Assembly: GCA_965140585.1 (NCBI GenBank)
Contig: OZ223268.1
Coordinates: 133,221-197,220 of the forward strand
Reading direction: 5' to 3'
DNA: 64,000 bases
Source: Spirochaetia bacterium
GTDB lineage: Bacteria > Spirochaetota > Spirochaetia > UBA9216
Shown: piece after piece, positions 1-10,562 of the stretch
How positions within the stretch are numbered: the stretch's first letter is position 1
Layout: the number at the start of each line of letters is the position of its first letter
Notes under the pieces: model-generated
The model's database searches: none
The model's input: only the letters and a program-made list of their open reading frames with translations
Told to the model about the DNA's origin: nothing
Position numbers and translations under genes: made by a program

Positions 1-87
1 AACTCCGCCCTCATATTTCCATTCTTTATTATTCTCATAATCAAAAACCTTGGTTTTGAATTCTGCGGATGTTAAATGTTCAGCCAT
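1..87 (-). CDS. trxA: Thioredoxin, N-terminal part (runs off window start)
   Basis: Not in ORF track. Reverse strand reads MAEHLTSAEFKTKVFDYENNKEWKYEGGV, the N-terminus typical of Bacteroidota/spirochaete-type thioredoxins; AAGGAGG SD upstream. The WCGPC motif would lie outside the window. Confidence 0.75.
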   Translation of the reverse strand, partial: MAEHLTSAEFKTKVFDYENNKEWKYEGGV

Positions 88-224
88 AATGGGCCTCCTT
101 TATATTTTCTCTATATATAGAATAACTAATATTTAGACAGAGGTCAACACAAATCGATATTTTTTAATTCATATTAATATCTACCGCTATTATAAATATA
201 GTATCTGCCGCCCTTCAAAATCCA

Positions 225-1241
225 CTAAAAAATCTGTATTTCAGCATTTTCTTTCAGTTCTGCAGTGAAAGTGCGTACTTTGTTATTCAGTTTCTCGTTG
301 TTCAGATAATATTCAATGCTTTCCTGTACATCTTCATATGATGCGGTGGTTTCTTCTGTCCGGTCTGTAAGAAGAATAATATGGTAGCCGAACTGCGTTC
401 TGACCGGCTGACTCAGCTCTCCTACTTCAAGCTGAAGCACTGCCTGTTCAAAAGGAGGTACCATGTCGCCCTTTCTGAAGACTCCAAGCTCCCCGCCTCT
501 TACGTTGCTAGGGCCTTGCGAAAATTCCTTTGCCATTTCAGCAAAATCTTCACCATTAACAATTCTTTCACGTATGCCGGTAATCTTCTCTTTTACAGCC
601 TGGACCTCTTCTTCAGAAGCGTCCTCATCTATCAGAAGCAGGATGTGGCTGGCCTGGAAGGTTTCCTCCTGAATAAAGTAATCAGGATTGTTATTGTAGA
701 AATCTTCCTTTTCAGATTCCGGAATCTCAATACCGGCCTGAAATTCGGCAATAACAAAATCACGTACGACGTAATACCGTTTTGTATCAGTACGAAGCTG
801 TTCCATATCTGTACCGCTTTGTACCAGCATAGCTTCAAGAGCCTCTAGGCCTCCGTAATTCATTGAAAGATCATTAATGTACTGTTCAACTTCTGCCTCA
901 TCAGCAACGTATCCCTTTTCAACTGCAGCCTGAAAAAGCAGCTCACGGCTTATCAGCGTGTCTAAAGAGTTCATACTCATCTGTTCAATCATGGCGGAAT
1001 CGGGGTACTGACCTCTGGACATCATTTCCTGGTAGGCTATCTGTATTTCCCTGTTGAGACTGTTCTCAGAAATAGCAACGCCATTGACGGAGGCGACGTT
1101 TTTTTCAGCTTCAGCTTGAGCTGCAGTGTCAGCTGCCGCTTCCGGATCTGCATCTGCAGCAGTATCCTGAGCTGTAACAGCCTGCAGGGGTATTAAAAAT
1201 GCAATTAAGACAAATAAATGTAGTAGATTTTTTCTGTTCAA
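225..1241 (-). CDS. PpiC/parvulin-type peptidyl-prolyl isomerase with SurA-like N-terminal domain, exported
   Basis: Signal peptide; ASHILL, FAEMAKEFSQGPS, GGELG, FEQAV, PVRTQFGYHII rotamase motifs. Confidence 0.9.
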   Translation of the reverse strand: MNRKNLLHLFVLIAFLIPLQAVTAQDTAADADPEAAADTAAQAEAEKNVASVNGVAISENSLNREIQIAYQEMMSRGQYPDSAMIEQMSMNSLDTLISRELLFQAAVEKGYVADEAEVEQYINDLSMNYGGLEALEAMLVQSGTDMEQLRTDTKRYYVVRDFVIAEFQAGIEIPESEKEDFYNNNPDYFIQEETFQASHILLLIDEDASEEEVQAVKEKITGIRERIVNGEDFAEMAKEFSQGPSNVRGGELGVFRKGDMVPPFEQAVLQLEVGELSQPVRTQFGYHIILLTDRTEETTASYEDVQESIEYYLNNEKLNNKVRTFTAELKENAEIQIF

Positions 1242-1360
1242 ATTATGCTCCTGTTCGTATGGCTACAGCATATCCCATCACCCTTCTGATGTCCATTAGA
1301 ATTGTGCTAATCGTGCGAAGTCTGAACAAATGTGTTTGAAATCAAATATATGTTCGTGAT

Positions 1361-2965
1361 ATGCTTCTTCGTATGAATACAGAACATATTGATTTGGATT
1401 TGGCAAAACGGATTCTTCATAATTACAATGAAGGACTTTATGATAATGTAAAACCGGTAGAGGTTACAGGAATACCCGGTATCGACGGAAGAAGCATAAT
1501 TGACCGTGCAAACCTTGAAAACTGGTCAAATCCGCTTGAAACAGTCACTGAAAACCTGAACAGAATTCATCCAGGCTTTAACGCAGCGCTTCTGGGAACA
1601 GTATTCGGTAAAAAGGAAACTGCTAACGGAGAGACTGCAATTACTTTTTCCAGGAAAGATCTGCATGATATTGGAGTCCAGCTCTACCCCTTTGTATCAT
1701 TTGGAATCTTAAACGGAGGCTCAGCAACCAGCTACGCTGATCTGAAAAAGAATTCAGCACTGAGCAGGGAACTCATGAGTATATATGAGGATATCTTTGA
1801 GGATGCTTCAGAGAACGCCACGGGAAAGGCAAAGGGGATTACCCCCGCCTACATGAACCCGGATGGTAGCTATGGCCCCGATTTCATCGAAATAAAAATC
1901 AGAGCCCTGCTGATTGAAAACCTGAGATACAGTCTCAGCGTAAATGAAGACAACGCCCTGTACAGTGATTTCAGCAATCTGAAAAAACAGGCATGCTTTC
2001 CAATGTTTCAGATGACAAGTTTCAGCACCGATTCGCAGATTAGGGAAGCACTTGAAAAATATACAAATAGCCCCGTACTCACGGATCTAATAGAAAAAAC
2101 AGGAATAGACATTACAGAAATACTTACAGGAATTCAGCCTCTTATAGCCGCGTATACACACTCGGATGTAGGCAGACCCAAGCAGATTTTTACCTTTGCC
2201 AACGGCAGAGACGGAGAAATGCTGCCGCTGCCGGGAGGACACGGACAAAACTTTCTTGTGTTGTCTGAAATTTACCGTTATCTGCATTCTGAGCTTGGTA
2301 AAAAATTCATCTATATAACAAATGTTGACAACCTGGGTAATATGCCCGACCCTGTATCACTTGCAGTTACTGCAATGTCCGGTAAACAGGCAGCCTTCGA
2401 TTTCTGTTTCAGAACACCCGTTGATGTAAAGGGCGGGATACTTGTCCTGGACGGCAGAGGACGACTCAACTGCGCTGATATCGGACCTGCAGTCTCAAAA
2501 GAGGAAGTTCACAGGCAGGAAGAATCAGGTAAAAAGATTCTTTACAACTGTGCAACCGGACTTTTCAGCCTGGATTACCTGGTTCCGAACCTGGAGGATG
2601 TCATAAACAAACTCCCCATGCGATTTACAGACCAGGTAAAGGATGCCGGCTCATACTCACAGGCTGAGCAGGTCACCTGGGAAATAATCGGCATACTTGA
2701 TGATTTCCTGATTTTCGGGGTAGATAAATACCGAAGGTTTCTTGCAGCCAAACTGCTTCTTGAATCCTTTATAACAAGCGGTCTGCGTATAGACCTGCCC
2801 GGGTTCCCTACAGATCCCGATCCTGCTGAAGATTTCAAGGCAACAGCCGAAAATCTATACAGGGGACTCAGGGAAAACCTTGAACAGGTATACGGAATGA
2901 ATTCGGACGGTGCTAAATGGCATCCTGATTCAATAGAAAAACTCGAAGAAATTATCAGAGGTTGA
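1361..2965 (+). CDS. UTP--glucose-1-phosphate uridylyltransferase (UDPGP family)
   Basis: LNGGSATSY, PGGHG, NVDNLG, DVKGG motifs of the eukaryote-like UDPGP fold. Confidence 0.8.
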   Translation: MLLRMNTEHIDLDLAKRILHNYNEGLYDNVKPVEVTGIPGIDGRSIIDRANLENWSNPLETVTENLNRIHPGFNAALLGTVFGKKETANGETAITFSRKDLHDIGVQLYPFVSFGILNGGSATSYADLKKNSALSRELMSIYEDIFEDASENATGKAKGITPAYMNPDGSYGPDFIEIKIRALLIENLRYSLSVNEDNALYSDFSNLKKQACFPMFQMTSFSTDSQIREALEKYTNSPVLTDLIEKTGIDITEILTGIQPLIAAYTHSDVGRPKQIFTFANGRDGEMLPLPGGHGQNFLVLSEIYRYLHSELGKKFIYITNVDNLGNMPDPVSLAVTAMSGKQAAFDFCFRTPVDVKGGILVLDGRGRLNCADIGPAVSKEEVHRQEESGKKILYNCATGLFSLDYLVPNLEDVINKLPMRFTDQVKDAGSYSQAEQVTWEIIGILDDFLIFGVDKYRRFLAAKLLLESFITSGLRIDLPGFPTDPDPAEDFKATAENLYRGLRENLEQVYGMNSDGAKWHPDSIEKLEEIIRG

Positions 2966-2966
2966 A

Positions 2967-4145
2967 ATGAAGTTAAACAGCTTTAGAAAATTATGGCTTG
3001 TGCTGCTCTTAACAGCAGCTGCCGCCGCCATGTATGCGCAGGATATTACCGAGGACGAAAAGGTTCTTGCGCTGATTGAGTTTGAGAACATGGAGGACAA
3101 CGGTGAACATGATTACCTTGCAAGCCTGATTTCTGCTGTACTTCGCGAGGACCTCTCACATACAGAGGGCATAACCCTCGTTGAACGCTCCAGGATTGAC
3201 AGTATAATCAACGAGCAGCAGCTGCAGCTTTCCGGACTCACGGCTGAAGACGACGCCCTTAGAGCCGGACGGATGCTTGGAAGCGATTACTTAAGCGGCG
3301 GCAGTTTCATAGTCATAGGCGGTGAAGTGCTTCTGGATGTAACCCTGATAAATGTAGAAACTTCAAGGGTGCTGTCCTTCGCAAGCCGCGGAAGCACTGA
3401 TGATCTGATTCATGTAGCAGCCGAAAAAATTGCCCGTGAACTTACCGGAAAAACAAGGGTATTCAGATCAGCTGAATCAGGCAGGCCAATAATCAAGAAT
3501 GAACTGCTGCCGCCGGGAAAACTCAAGCTTTTCTCCCATCTGATTGATGCAAGAATATATATAGATGATGAGTTTATCGGATATACAAGCGGCGACAGAA
3601 CTATTCCGGTTGAAATTGAACTTCAGCCCGGCGAACATACTATTGAAACAGATCTGGGAAACAGCTTCGGAGTTATTAAGGAACCGGAAATCATATTCGA
3701 ACACTGGAAGGTACCGTTTACTGTTGAATCAGGCAGTGTGACTATACTTGAAGACGGAACCAGACATTACAACAGCATTCTTTATGAGCTGCTTAGGCTG
3801 ACCCATAACGACAAAGAGTTTAGAAACGGCGAAAGTGAGCCATACCAGACTGAAGAATCATTCAGTTTTACCGACAGGGAGGGAAATCCTGTTGCCGGAA
3901 GCTTTACAATCTACATCACACCTACAGAGGAAAAAGGTCTGAAGATGCAGATGATGCTTATCTACAACGGCAACAGAGAGGTTTTTGATTATTCCTGCGA
4001 GCCGGGTGAAGATGAAGATTTCGAGCATGAAACAGGACATATCAAAATGGAAGTTGAGCTCAGCTGCAGATACCCGGACAGACTCGAAGCCTCATGGGAC
4101 CTCGAACGTACGGATATCTGGCAGAGCATGTTCTACAATAACTGA
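2967..4145 (+). CDS. Exported CsgG/FlgO-like domain plus PEGA-like domain protein
   Basis: Signal peptide; LVERSRIDSIINEQQLQLSGL...AGRMLGSDY (CsgG/FlgO-like); ARIYIDDEFIG...LQPGEHTI (PEGA-like). Confidence 0.65.
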   Translation: MKLNSFRKLWLVLLLTAAAAAMYAQDITEDEKVLALIEFENMEDNGEHDYLASLISAVLREDLSHTEGITLVERSRIDSIINEQQLQLSGLTAEDDALRAGRMLGSDYLSGGSFIVIGGEVLLDVTLINVETSRVLSFASRGSTDDLIHVAAEKIARELTGKTRVFRSAESGRPIIKNELLPPGKLKLFSHLIDARIYIDDEFIGYTSGDRTIPVEIELQPGEHTIETDLGNSFGVIKEPEIIFEHWKVPFTVESGSVTILEDGTRHYNSILYELLRLTHNDKEFRNGESEPYQTEESFSFTDREGNPVAGSFTIYITPTEEKGLKMQMMLIYNGNREVFDYSCEPGEDEDFEHETGHIKMEVELSCRYPDRLEASWDLERTDIWQSMFYNN

Positions 4146-4154
4146 GGCAGCGTA

Positions 4155-5441
4155 TTATCTCATGTTTACGGGGATATAATCCGGAGCCTTCTTTTCAATA
4201 AAATCTCTCTTTAACCTGGCAAAGCGCATTCTCCCGTTCTCATATGGTACAGCGGGAGGTGCCGAACCGGTCAGAGGCATGGCATATTCAATAAAATCAT
4301 CGGTAACATCAAGCCCGTCCGGAGTAATCCAGGAGTATGGAAGATGCCTTACCGAATTGGCTACAATATCAAGCCTTACCTTGTCGTAATATACACTGTA
4401 CCCGCTTACCGAGCGATCACGCAGAATTGTAGCCATCCACCCTGAACCGTCTTTTACTGCAGTTTTAACCGCAAATTTTCCGACCTGAAAGGCTTCTTCA
4501 ATATCAACCGAAGAAGCAAAAAGGCTGGTGCTACGCTGCAGAATTCCGGGAACCTGACCGGTAGCCTGTCCTCGGGCTTTGAGACCATTACTGTTAAGGT
4601 AATTCACTATTTTCTGGGCCACAGTTGATTCACTTGCACCGTATTCGATATGCCCGAATCCGTCACGGGCTTCTCCAAGGCTGCCTGCATTGAATCCCTC
4701 GCTTGCAACAACTATACAGCGGCCCCGTTCTATCAAGCAGCGGTTAACGTTTTCAGCAAGTGATTCAAGATTATGATTGGTTTCAGCGAGATAAAGCTGT
4801 AGAGGGGCTTCACGGTCAGGGTCGGCCAGTCTTGCGGCGGCCGGTATAAACCCGCTGGTCCGGCCCATTGCCTGGAAAACGGATACAGGTTCCGATACAT
4901 CTATAGCCCGGTTCTCTTCATTGGTCTGCTGAATAATGTGTTTCCAGTAGCTTGCAGCCGAACCGTAACCTGGAGTATGGTCGATAATAGAAAACTCTTC
5001 ATCTCCGAGATCATTATCGATAGTCTTGGGCACTCCTGCGACAATCAGCTCATACCCTTCCCTTTTTGCAAGAGCGGCAACCTTGTCGGCTGTATCCATA
5101 GAGTCATTTCCTCCGATGTAGAAAAACCAGCCGACATCCTGTGATCTGCATACATCGATAATACGCTGAAAATCTTCGGTGTTTTCCTCTTTCAGCTTAT
5201 ATCGACAGGTTCCTATTGCTCCAGATGCAGGAGTATAACGCAAAAGTGATAATTCATAATCATCCTCAGCATCAATATCTATCAGTTCTTCTTTCAAAAC
5301 TCCCTCAATGCCGTGCCATCCGGCAAATATACGTCCGAACTTCTCAGGCATTGACCTGCAGGCTTCTATAACGCCAAGCAGAGAGGCATTGATTACCGGC
5401 GAGGGACCGCCGGATTGTGCTACGATTACATTGCTTTTCAT
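4155..5441 (-). CDS. pfp: 6-phosphofructokinase family, probably pyrophosphate-dependent
   Basis: QSGGPSPVIN, IGGNDSMDT (Asp indicates PPi use), PKTIDNDL, MGR motifs. Confidence 0.85.
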   Translation of the reverse strand: MKSNVIVAQSGGPSPVINASLLGVIEACRSMPEKFGRIFAGWHGIEGVLKEELIDIDAEDDYELSLLRYTPASGAIGTCRYKLKEENTEDFQRIIDVCRSQDVGWFFYIGGNDSMDTADKVAALAKREGYELIVAGVPKTIDNDLGDEEFSIIDHTPGYGSAASYWKHIIQQTNEENRAIDVSEPVSVFQAMGRTSGFIPAAARLADPDREAPLQLYLAETNHNLESLAENVNRCLIERGRCIVVASEGFNAGSLGEARDGFGHIEYGASESTVAQKIVNYLNSNGLKARGQATGQVPGILQRSTSLFASSVDIEEAFQVGKFAVKTAVKDGSGWMATILRDRSVSGYSVYYDKVRLDIVANSVRHLPYSWITPDGLDVTDDFIEYAMPLTGSAPPAVPYENGRMRFARLKRDFIEKKAPDYIPVNMR

Positions 5442-5574
5442 AGTTTTATAATATTACATCACTCATGCATTCATCAATATTCATAACTGTCCTGATTTTT
5501 TTATTTCGAAATTTGTAAATTTTAAAATGATCTACTATCATTTTAATAGACAATATCCGGAAGAGGAAGAAAAT

Positions 5575-6810
5575 ATGCCCGAATTTTCAATTCTGATTGT
5601 TGATGATGAAGCAAATGTACTCGCTGCACTGCACAGGCTCTTCAGAGCGAATAAAAAGCTGAAGATTTATACTGCAGCTGATGCCCGTGCCGGTGTAGAG
5701 GTTCTTAGAAATAACGATATAGATCTCGTGATCAGTGATGAAAGGATGCCTGAGGTTGAAGGACATAAATTTCTGGCCTATCTTCGTAAGAATTTCCCTG
5801 ATGTAGTACGGATAATGCTCAGCGGCTATGCCGAGCAGGATGCCATTCTGGATGCTATTAATAAGGGTGAGGTTTACCGCTTTATTACAAAACCCTGGAA
5901 TAACCAGGAACTGATGATAACAATTGAAAAAGCCCTTGAACACGGCAGGCTTGCAAAGGAAAATCGGAAACTTGCAGAGGAATTGAAAAAGAAAAACCGG
6001 GAACTGTCAGAAATAAATAAAACTCTTGAGCAGAAGGTTAAACAGCGGACTGAAGAACTTGAAAAGGCTATGGTTCAGATAAGCAGTCAGCGTGATGCGG
6101 CCCAGAACGGCCTTGCCGACACCGCAACCTTTCTCACCAGTATGGTAGGTCTCATACGTAAGGATATACGCGATCATGTAAAGAGAATTGCCGATACCGC
6201 CCAGAAGGTGGTGCGGGAACTTAAACTGCCTGCAGACGAAGTTCAGCCGATTATTATGGCTTCATATTTTCATGAGCTTGGCCGCTTCGGTGGCAGTACA
6301 GAAGGCGGTGAAGATGAAGAAAAAACATCTGAATTAAGTGAACACCTGATCCGCAGTGTCCTTAAAATGACCGAACTGGCTGTTATTGTGCGGCATTACC
6401 GGGAGAACTGGGACGGTTCAGGAGTGCCTGACCATCTGAAGGGCGGGGATATTCCTATAGGGAGCAGGATTCTCAGAGTCTGTAAAGACTATGATCACCT
6501 GCTTTTTGTACGCAACAATAATAATGCCGAAACTGAAGACTTTCTTATCCAGCATTCCGGAATCTATTATGACCGAGATGTTGTAGCAGCCCTTCTGAGC
6601 AAGGTAAAAAATGATAATCAGGACGGAAAATGGGTTAAGGTTACCGAACTGAAAGACAATATGGTGCTTTACGGTAATGTTTATCTTGAGAGCGGAGTTC
6701 TTTTTCTGCCCTCGAATACTGTAGTTGACGAAAATGTGATCAGGCGTATTGAGGATTTTGCTGAGCTGATAGACCTTGAAAAGCAGGTATATGTAAAAAT
6801 ACTGAAATGA
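5575..6810 (+). CDS. Response regulator with degenerate HD-GYP output domain
   Basis: REC (IVDDE, ISDERMP, KPW), coiled coil, HD-GYP-like C-terminus with HE instead of HD and DGSGVP; start chosen after GAGGA SD. Confidence 0.8.
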   Translation: MPEFSILIVDDEANVLAALHRLFRANKKLKIYTAADARAGVEVLRNNDIDLVISDERMPEVEGHKFLAYLRKNFPDVVRIMLSGYAEQDAILDAINKGEVYRFITKPWNNQELMITIEKALEHGRLAKENRKLAEELKKKNRELSEINKTLEQKVKQRTEELEKAMVQISSQRDAAQNGLADTATFLTSMVGLIRKDIRDHVKRIADTAQKVVRELKLPADEVQPIIMASYFHELGRFGGSTEGGEDEEKTSELSEHLIRSVLKMTELAVIVRHYRENWDGSGVPDHLKGGDIPIGSRILRVCKDYDHLLFVRNNNNAETEDFLIQHSGIYYDRDVVAALLSKVKNDNQDGKWVKVTELKDNMVLYGNVYLESGVLFLPSNTVVDENVIRRIEDFAELIDLEKQVYVKILK

Positions 6811-6830
6811 CCGACAGCTGCTGTGATTAA

Positions 6831-8180
6831 TCAGCCAAGACCGTATTTCTTAATTTTGCGGTAAATTGTGGCCTCACCTATTTTCAGAAACTGCGCGGCA
6901 AGTCTTCTGTTGCCTTCGGCTCTGTCCAGGGCATGAATTATTGCATGCCGCTCCTGCTCCTCCATCGGAGCATCAAGAACAGCCTTATGAACAGTGCTGT
7001 CTTCTGCAGCCTCTGCAATTCTGACCGGCAGGTGTGCAACGGTCACCAGCTCATCCTGACAGAATGCTGCCGCGTGTCTGGCGGTATTCTGAAGTTCCCG
7101 GACGTTTCCGGGCCAATCGTAATCTATAAGAAGATCCAGTATTCGTTCCTCTATGCGCGGCACCTCCTGCGACATTGAATATTCACCAAGAAAGTGTCTG
7201 AAAAGAACAACAGCATCGTCACCGCGTTCTCTCAGCGGAGGTATATTGAGTTTTATCACATTCAGCCTGTAGAGAAGATCCTTCCTGAAATTACCCTGCT
7301 CGGCTTCAAGCTCAAGATCCCTGTTAGTCGCGGCAAGAAGCCTTACATCGACAGACACAGGCTTAACCCCGCCTACCGGCCTGACCTCACGTTCCTGAAG
7401 CGTACGCAGCAGCTTTGCCTGAACCTGAAGAGGAAGCTCTCCAATCTCATCAAAAAATACCGTACCCCCATCTGCAGCCCTAAGCAGCCCCTGGTTTGAG
7501 GCGGCAGCCCCTGTAAAGGCTCCCTTCTGGTGGCCGAAAAGTTCACTTTCAAAGGTGGTATCGTTTATGGCCGCGCAGTCAACAGCGATAAAAGGCTTAT
7601 CAGATCTTGAGCTCTGAAAATGCAGCTCCCTGGCAACAAGTTCTTTTCCGGTACCTGTCTCTCCATGAATAAGGACTGTTGAATCGGTTAATGCAATACG
7701 ATTGATAAGATCCCGCAAACTAAGCATTGCTGAAGAATTCCCGAGAAGACTCCCGGTTCCCGAGCGTTTTCTAAGCTCTTCTTTAAGCCTTGTATTCTCT
7801 GTATCGAGTTCCCAGATTCTGCAGCGCTGAAGAAGCTGGAGCGGCAGTTTCTCGGCCATGAACTCCTTCTCGATAAAATCTACAGCACCGATATTTACAG
7901 CCTCAACTGCATCGCTGACTGTAGCATAGCCTGTCATAATGATTACCGGAATGCTAGGATATCTCAATTTGATAGAACGAAGCATGCTCAGTCCGTCAGT
8001 GTCTGGAAGTTTCATATCAAGAACAATACAGTCCGGCTGTTGTTTTTCAAGTATTGAGTCTGCTTCCCGACCGCTTAGTGCACTGATTATTTCATATTTT
8101 TCCTGTCTGAGCAGTCTTTTAACACTTTTGTGGATATCAGGCTCGTCATCGATCATTAAAATCGTGAAAACTTCGGTCAT
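6831..8180 (-). CDS. NtrC-family sigma-54-dependent response regulator
   Basis: [40 protein letters not shown], Fis-type HTH. Confidence 0.95.
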   Translation of the reverse strand: MTEVFTILMIDDEPDIHKSVKRLLRQEKYEIISALSGREADSILEKQQPDCIVLDMKLPDTDGLSMLRSIKLRYPSIPVIIMTGYATVSDAVEAVNIGAVDFIEKEFMAEKLPLQLLQRCRIWELDTENTRLKEELRKRSGTGSLLGNSSAMLSLRDLINRIALTDSTVLIHGETGTGKELVARELHFQSSRSDKPFIAVDCAAINDTTFESELFGHQKGAFTGAAASNQGLLRAADGGTVFFDEIGELPLQVQAKLLRTLQEREVRPVGGVKPVSVDVRLLAATNRDLELEAEQGNFRKDLLYRLNVIKLNIPPLRERGDDAVVLFRHFLGEYSMSQEVPRIEERILDLLIDYDWPGNVRELQNTARHAAAFCQDELVTVAHLPVRIAEAAEDSTVHKAVLDAPMEEQERHAIIHALDRAEGNRRLAAQFLKIGEATIYRKIKKYGLG

Positions 8181-8222
8181 GATTAAAGCATAAGAGATTC
8201 ATATTAGGGAGGCAAGAATTTA

Positions 8223-8238
8223 TGGCATGAATATTGCA
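8223..8238 (+). promoter_or_regulatory. Sigma-54 (-24/-12) promoter of the HD-GYP gene
   Basis: TGGCATGAATATTGCA matches TGGCAC-N5-TTGCW with exact GG-N10-GC spacing, about 22 bp before the start at 8261, divergent from a sigma-54 activator. Confidence 0.75.
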
Positions 8239-8260
8239 ATAAATAGGCAGGAGATACTAA

Positions 8261-9289
8261 ATGACGGGAAAGGATATCAATTTTATCGATGAAGAACTTC
8301 TTGAAGCTGTAGTAGCTGCAGTGACTTCAGCAGTTGAAACCAATGAACCCGGGAAGCTTGGACATGGAAAAAGGGTGGCCCAATACTGTATGATGCTGGC
8401 CGATGCAGCAAATAAGGAAAACGGGGGTGCTTTCGGGGTGATCAGCTTTTCAAAAGAAGAGATGATTGAATTGAAGTATTCGGCTCTGCTTCATGATATC
8501 GGAAAAATAAATGTAAAGCCTCAAATTCTTCAGAAAAGCAGCAGGCTTTATCCCGGTGAAGTATCTGATATCAATATCAGGTTTGAATATATACTCCGAT
8601 ACCATGAGCTTCTTCTTTCTCAGCAGAAACTGCAGCTTGCGTATAATGAAAGTTTCATAAGGAGATCGGAGCTGCTTAAAGAAATTGAGCAGGATTTTCA
8701 GCTGACGGTGAAAAATCTTAAGAAGATGATGCAGAAAATCAGGGAATTGAATAACAGCGGAATTACCCCAAACAATGCAGAAAATCTGCATGAGATTGAG
8801 TTTCTCAGAGACCATGTATTTGCCAGGGATCTTAACGGTAAAAGAATTGACCTGATTACTGATTCACAGCTTGAATCTCTGCGTGTAAAACATGGGAATC
8901 TCACTGAATCTGAGAGGCTGCAGATTCAGGAGCATGTTAATCACGGTTATGAGATACTTCGAAAGATCCCCTGGCCGAAAGCACTTAAAAACATACCTGA
9001 AATAGTAAGAAACCACCATGAAAGGGCAGATGGAAGCAGATACCCCAACAGCAGAACTGCAGAAGCCATCCCCCTTCAATCTATGATAATCGCTGTAGCA
9101 GATGTTTTCGACGCTCTTACTGCTTCTGATGTACCATACCGGAAAGGACTGGACTCTGCCGATGCAGTATCAGTCCTGCGGCAGGAGGCAGAACTGAATA
9201 ATCTCGATGCTGATGTGGTTGATCTTTTCTGCCGTAGCTGTGTTCCGGCTTATGAGAAAATTGCAGAAGGAGCAATTACTCCTCAATAA
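8261..9289 (+). CDS. HD-GYP cyclic dinucleotide phosphodiesterase
   Basis: GHGKRVA, LLHDIGK, HHERADGSRYP, IAVADVFDALTA..PYRK. Confidence 0.85.
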   Translation: MTGKDINFIDEELLEAVVAAVTSAVETNEPGKLGHGKRVAQYCMMLADAANKENGGAFGVISFSKEEMIELKYSALLHDIGKINVKPQILQKSSRLYPGEVSDINIRFEYILRYHELLLSQQKLQLAYNESFIRRSELLKEIEQDFQLTVKNLKKMMQKIRELNNSGITPNNAENLHEIEFLRDHVFARDLNGKRIDLITDSQLESLRVKHGNLTESERLQIQEHVNHGYEILRKIPWPKALKNIPEIVRNHHERADGSRYPNSRTAEAIPLQSMIIAVADVFDALTASDVPYRKGLDSADAVSVLRQEAELNNLDADVVDLFCRSCVPAYEKIAEGAITPQ

Positions 9290-10505
9290 TATCGCAGCAG
9301 AGAATATAGGGTATATTGTTTCCATCAGAAAAAGGCAGGGCTATAGTTGTACAGAGGTGTCCTGAGTTCCTTGAAATGTATTTCTTTGTAGTATATTTAT
9401 GAAGCCCGGTGCTGAAGTGAAAGAAATAACTCTTGTAGGAATGATCAAACCCGGCAGACGAGGCATGAAAGAGCCTGCTCTTCGGGGAAAAGTCATCGCT
9501 GAAAACACAGTCGCCAACCTGAATACCGTTCTCATCAAGGATGTAGACACAGTCTATAACAGTCTGCCGGTTCACGGCATTTTGCAGGTATTTGTGAAAA
9601 CCATGATTTGGCATTGCTGACAGTTCAAGTATAAACTGGGACATGACCGTATCGTATCTTGTAAAATTAAGGTGACGGTTCTTAACCATCTGGAGGGTCC
9701 TGTTCCTGAATCCCGAAGCAACCGGCACAGCATCAGCGGCCTGAAGTACTGAAAGCTCCTCTGTTTCCTGAGGATGCAGGATAAGAAAGCCCTGAAGCAG
9801 GTCGGAACCGTATTCAAGCGAAGTTACGGCTTCATCTTCAGTTTCAACACCTTCGACTATGACCACAGCTCCAACCTGATGTGAAATCGAGTTTATCGCC
9901 TGAACTATTTCTTTCTTATAGATATCATTCTCAATGTTTCTTACCAGAGCACTGTCTATTTTAATAATATCCGGCTGAAGAATTACAACCCTCTCAAGAT
10001 TTGACAGTGTTTTTCCTGCGCCTGTGAGCGCTATTAGAAATCCGGATTTTTTGAAGGCATCAATCGAGTTTTTCAGAATCTCGATGCTGTTGACATCCGA
10101 CTCCAGGATTTCAAGTATTATTGAAGCGGGGCTTAAACCGGCTTTGATTGCCATATCAGTAATTTCTTCTGCCGAGGTATCTATACTTAATATAGTAGGC
10201 TCCAGGTTTACTGCAAGAAGCAGGTCATGATCATCTTTCTGAATCCTGCTAAAGCGTCCAAAAGCTTTTCTCAGGCAAAGCCTGTCAAGATCAGCTGCAG
10301 TTGTAGTTCTCCGGCCCATATAAAAAAGCAGTTCCGGATTGACCAGTTCTCTGTCGGAAGTCAAGCCACGACTTAAAGCTTCTACTATCACGGTTCTGTT
10401 CTCTGAACCTGAGACAATAGGCTGAAAACAGGTGATGACAGATTCATTCTCTAAAATCCAGTGATAGTCTTTTTCTGTGACATTCTGTAGCACTTTATAT
10501 TCCAT
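9276..10505 (-). CDS. EAL-domain protein with C-terminal YkuI-like domain, probably catalytically degenerate
   Basis: FQPIV, VEALSRG, LEILES, IIKID, VEGVET, LLQGF; DDFG replaced by LTGAG; C-terminal DHSYKSYF...YISRNSGHLCTTI. Confidence 0.8.
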   Translation of the reverse strand: MEYKVLQNVTEKDYHWILENESVITCFQPIVSGSENRTVIVEALSRGLTSDRELVNPELLFYMGRRTTTAADLDRLCLRKAFGRFSRIQKDDHDLLLAVNLEPTILSIDTSAEEITDMAIKAGLSPASIILEILESDVNSIEILKNSIDAFKKSGFLIALTGAGKTLSNLERVVILQPDIIKIDSALVRNIENDIYKKEIVQAINSISHQVGAVVIVEGVETEDEAVTSLEYGSDLLQGFLILHPQETEELSVLQAADAVPVASGFRNRTLQMVKNRHLNFTRYDTVMSQFILELSAMPNHGFHKYLQNAVNRQTVIDCVYILDENGIQVGDCVFSDDFSPKSRLFHASSAGFDHSYKSYFFHFSTGLHKYTTKKYISRNSGHLCTTIALPFSDGNNIPYILCCDIIEE

Positions 10506-10562
10506 ATCAGTTTATTCCTGTTCTATTAATCGGCCTGGGCTCATGTAAATTATAGGAAAAAA

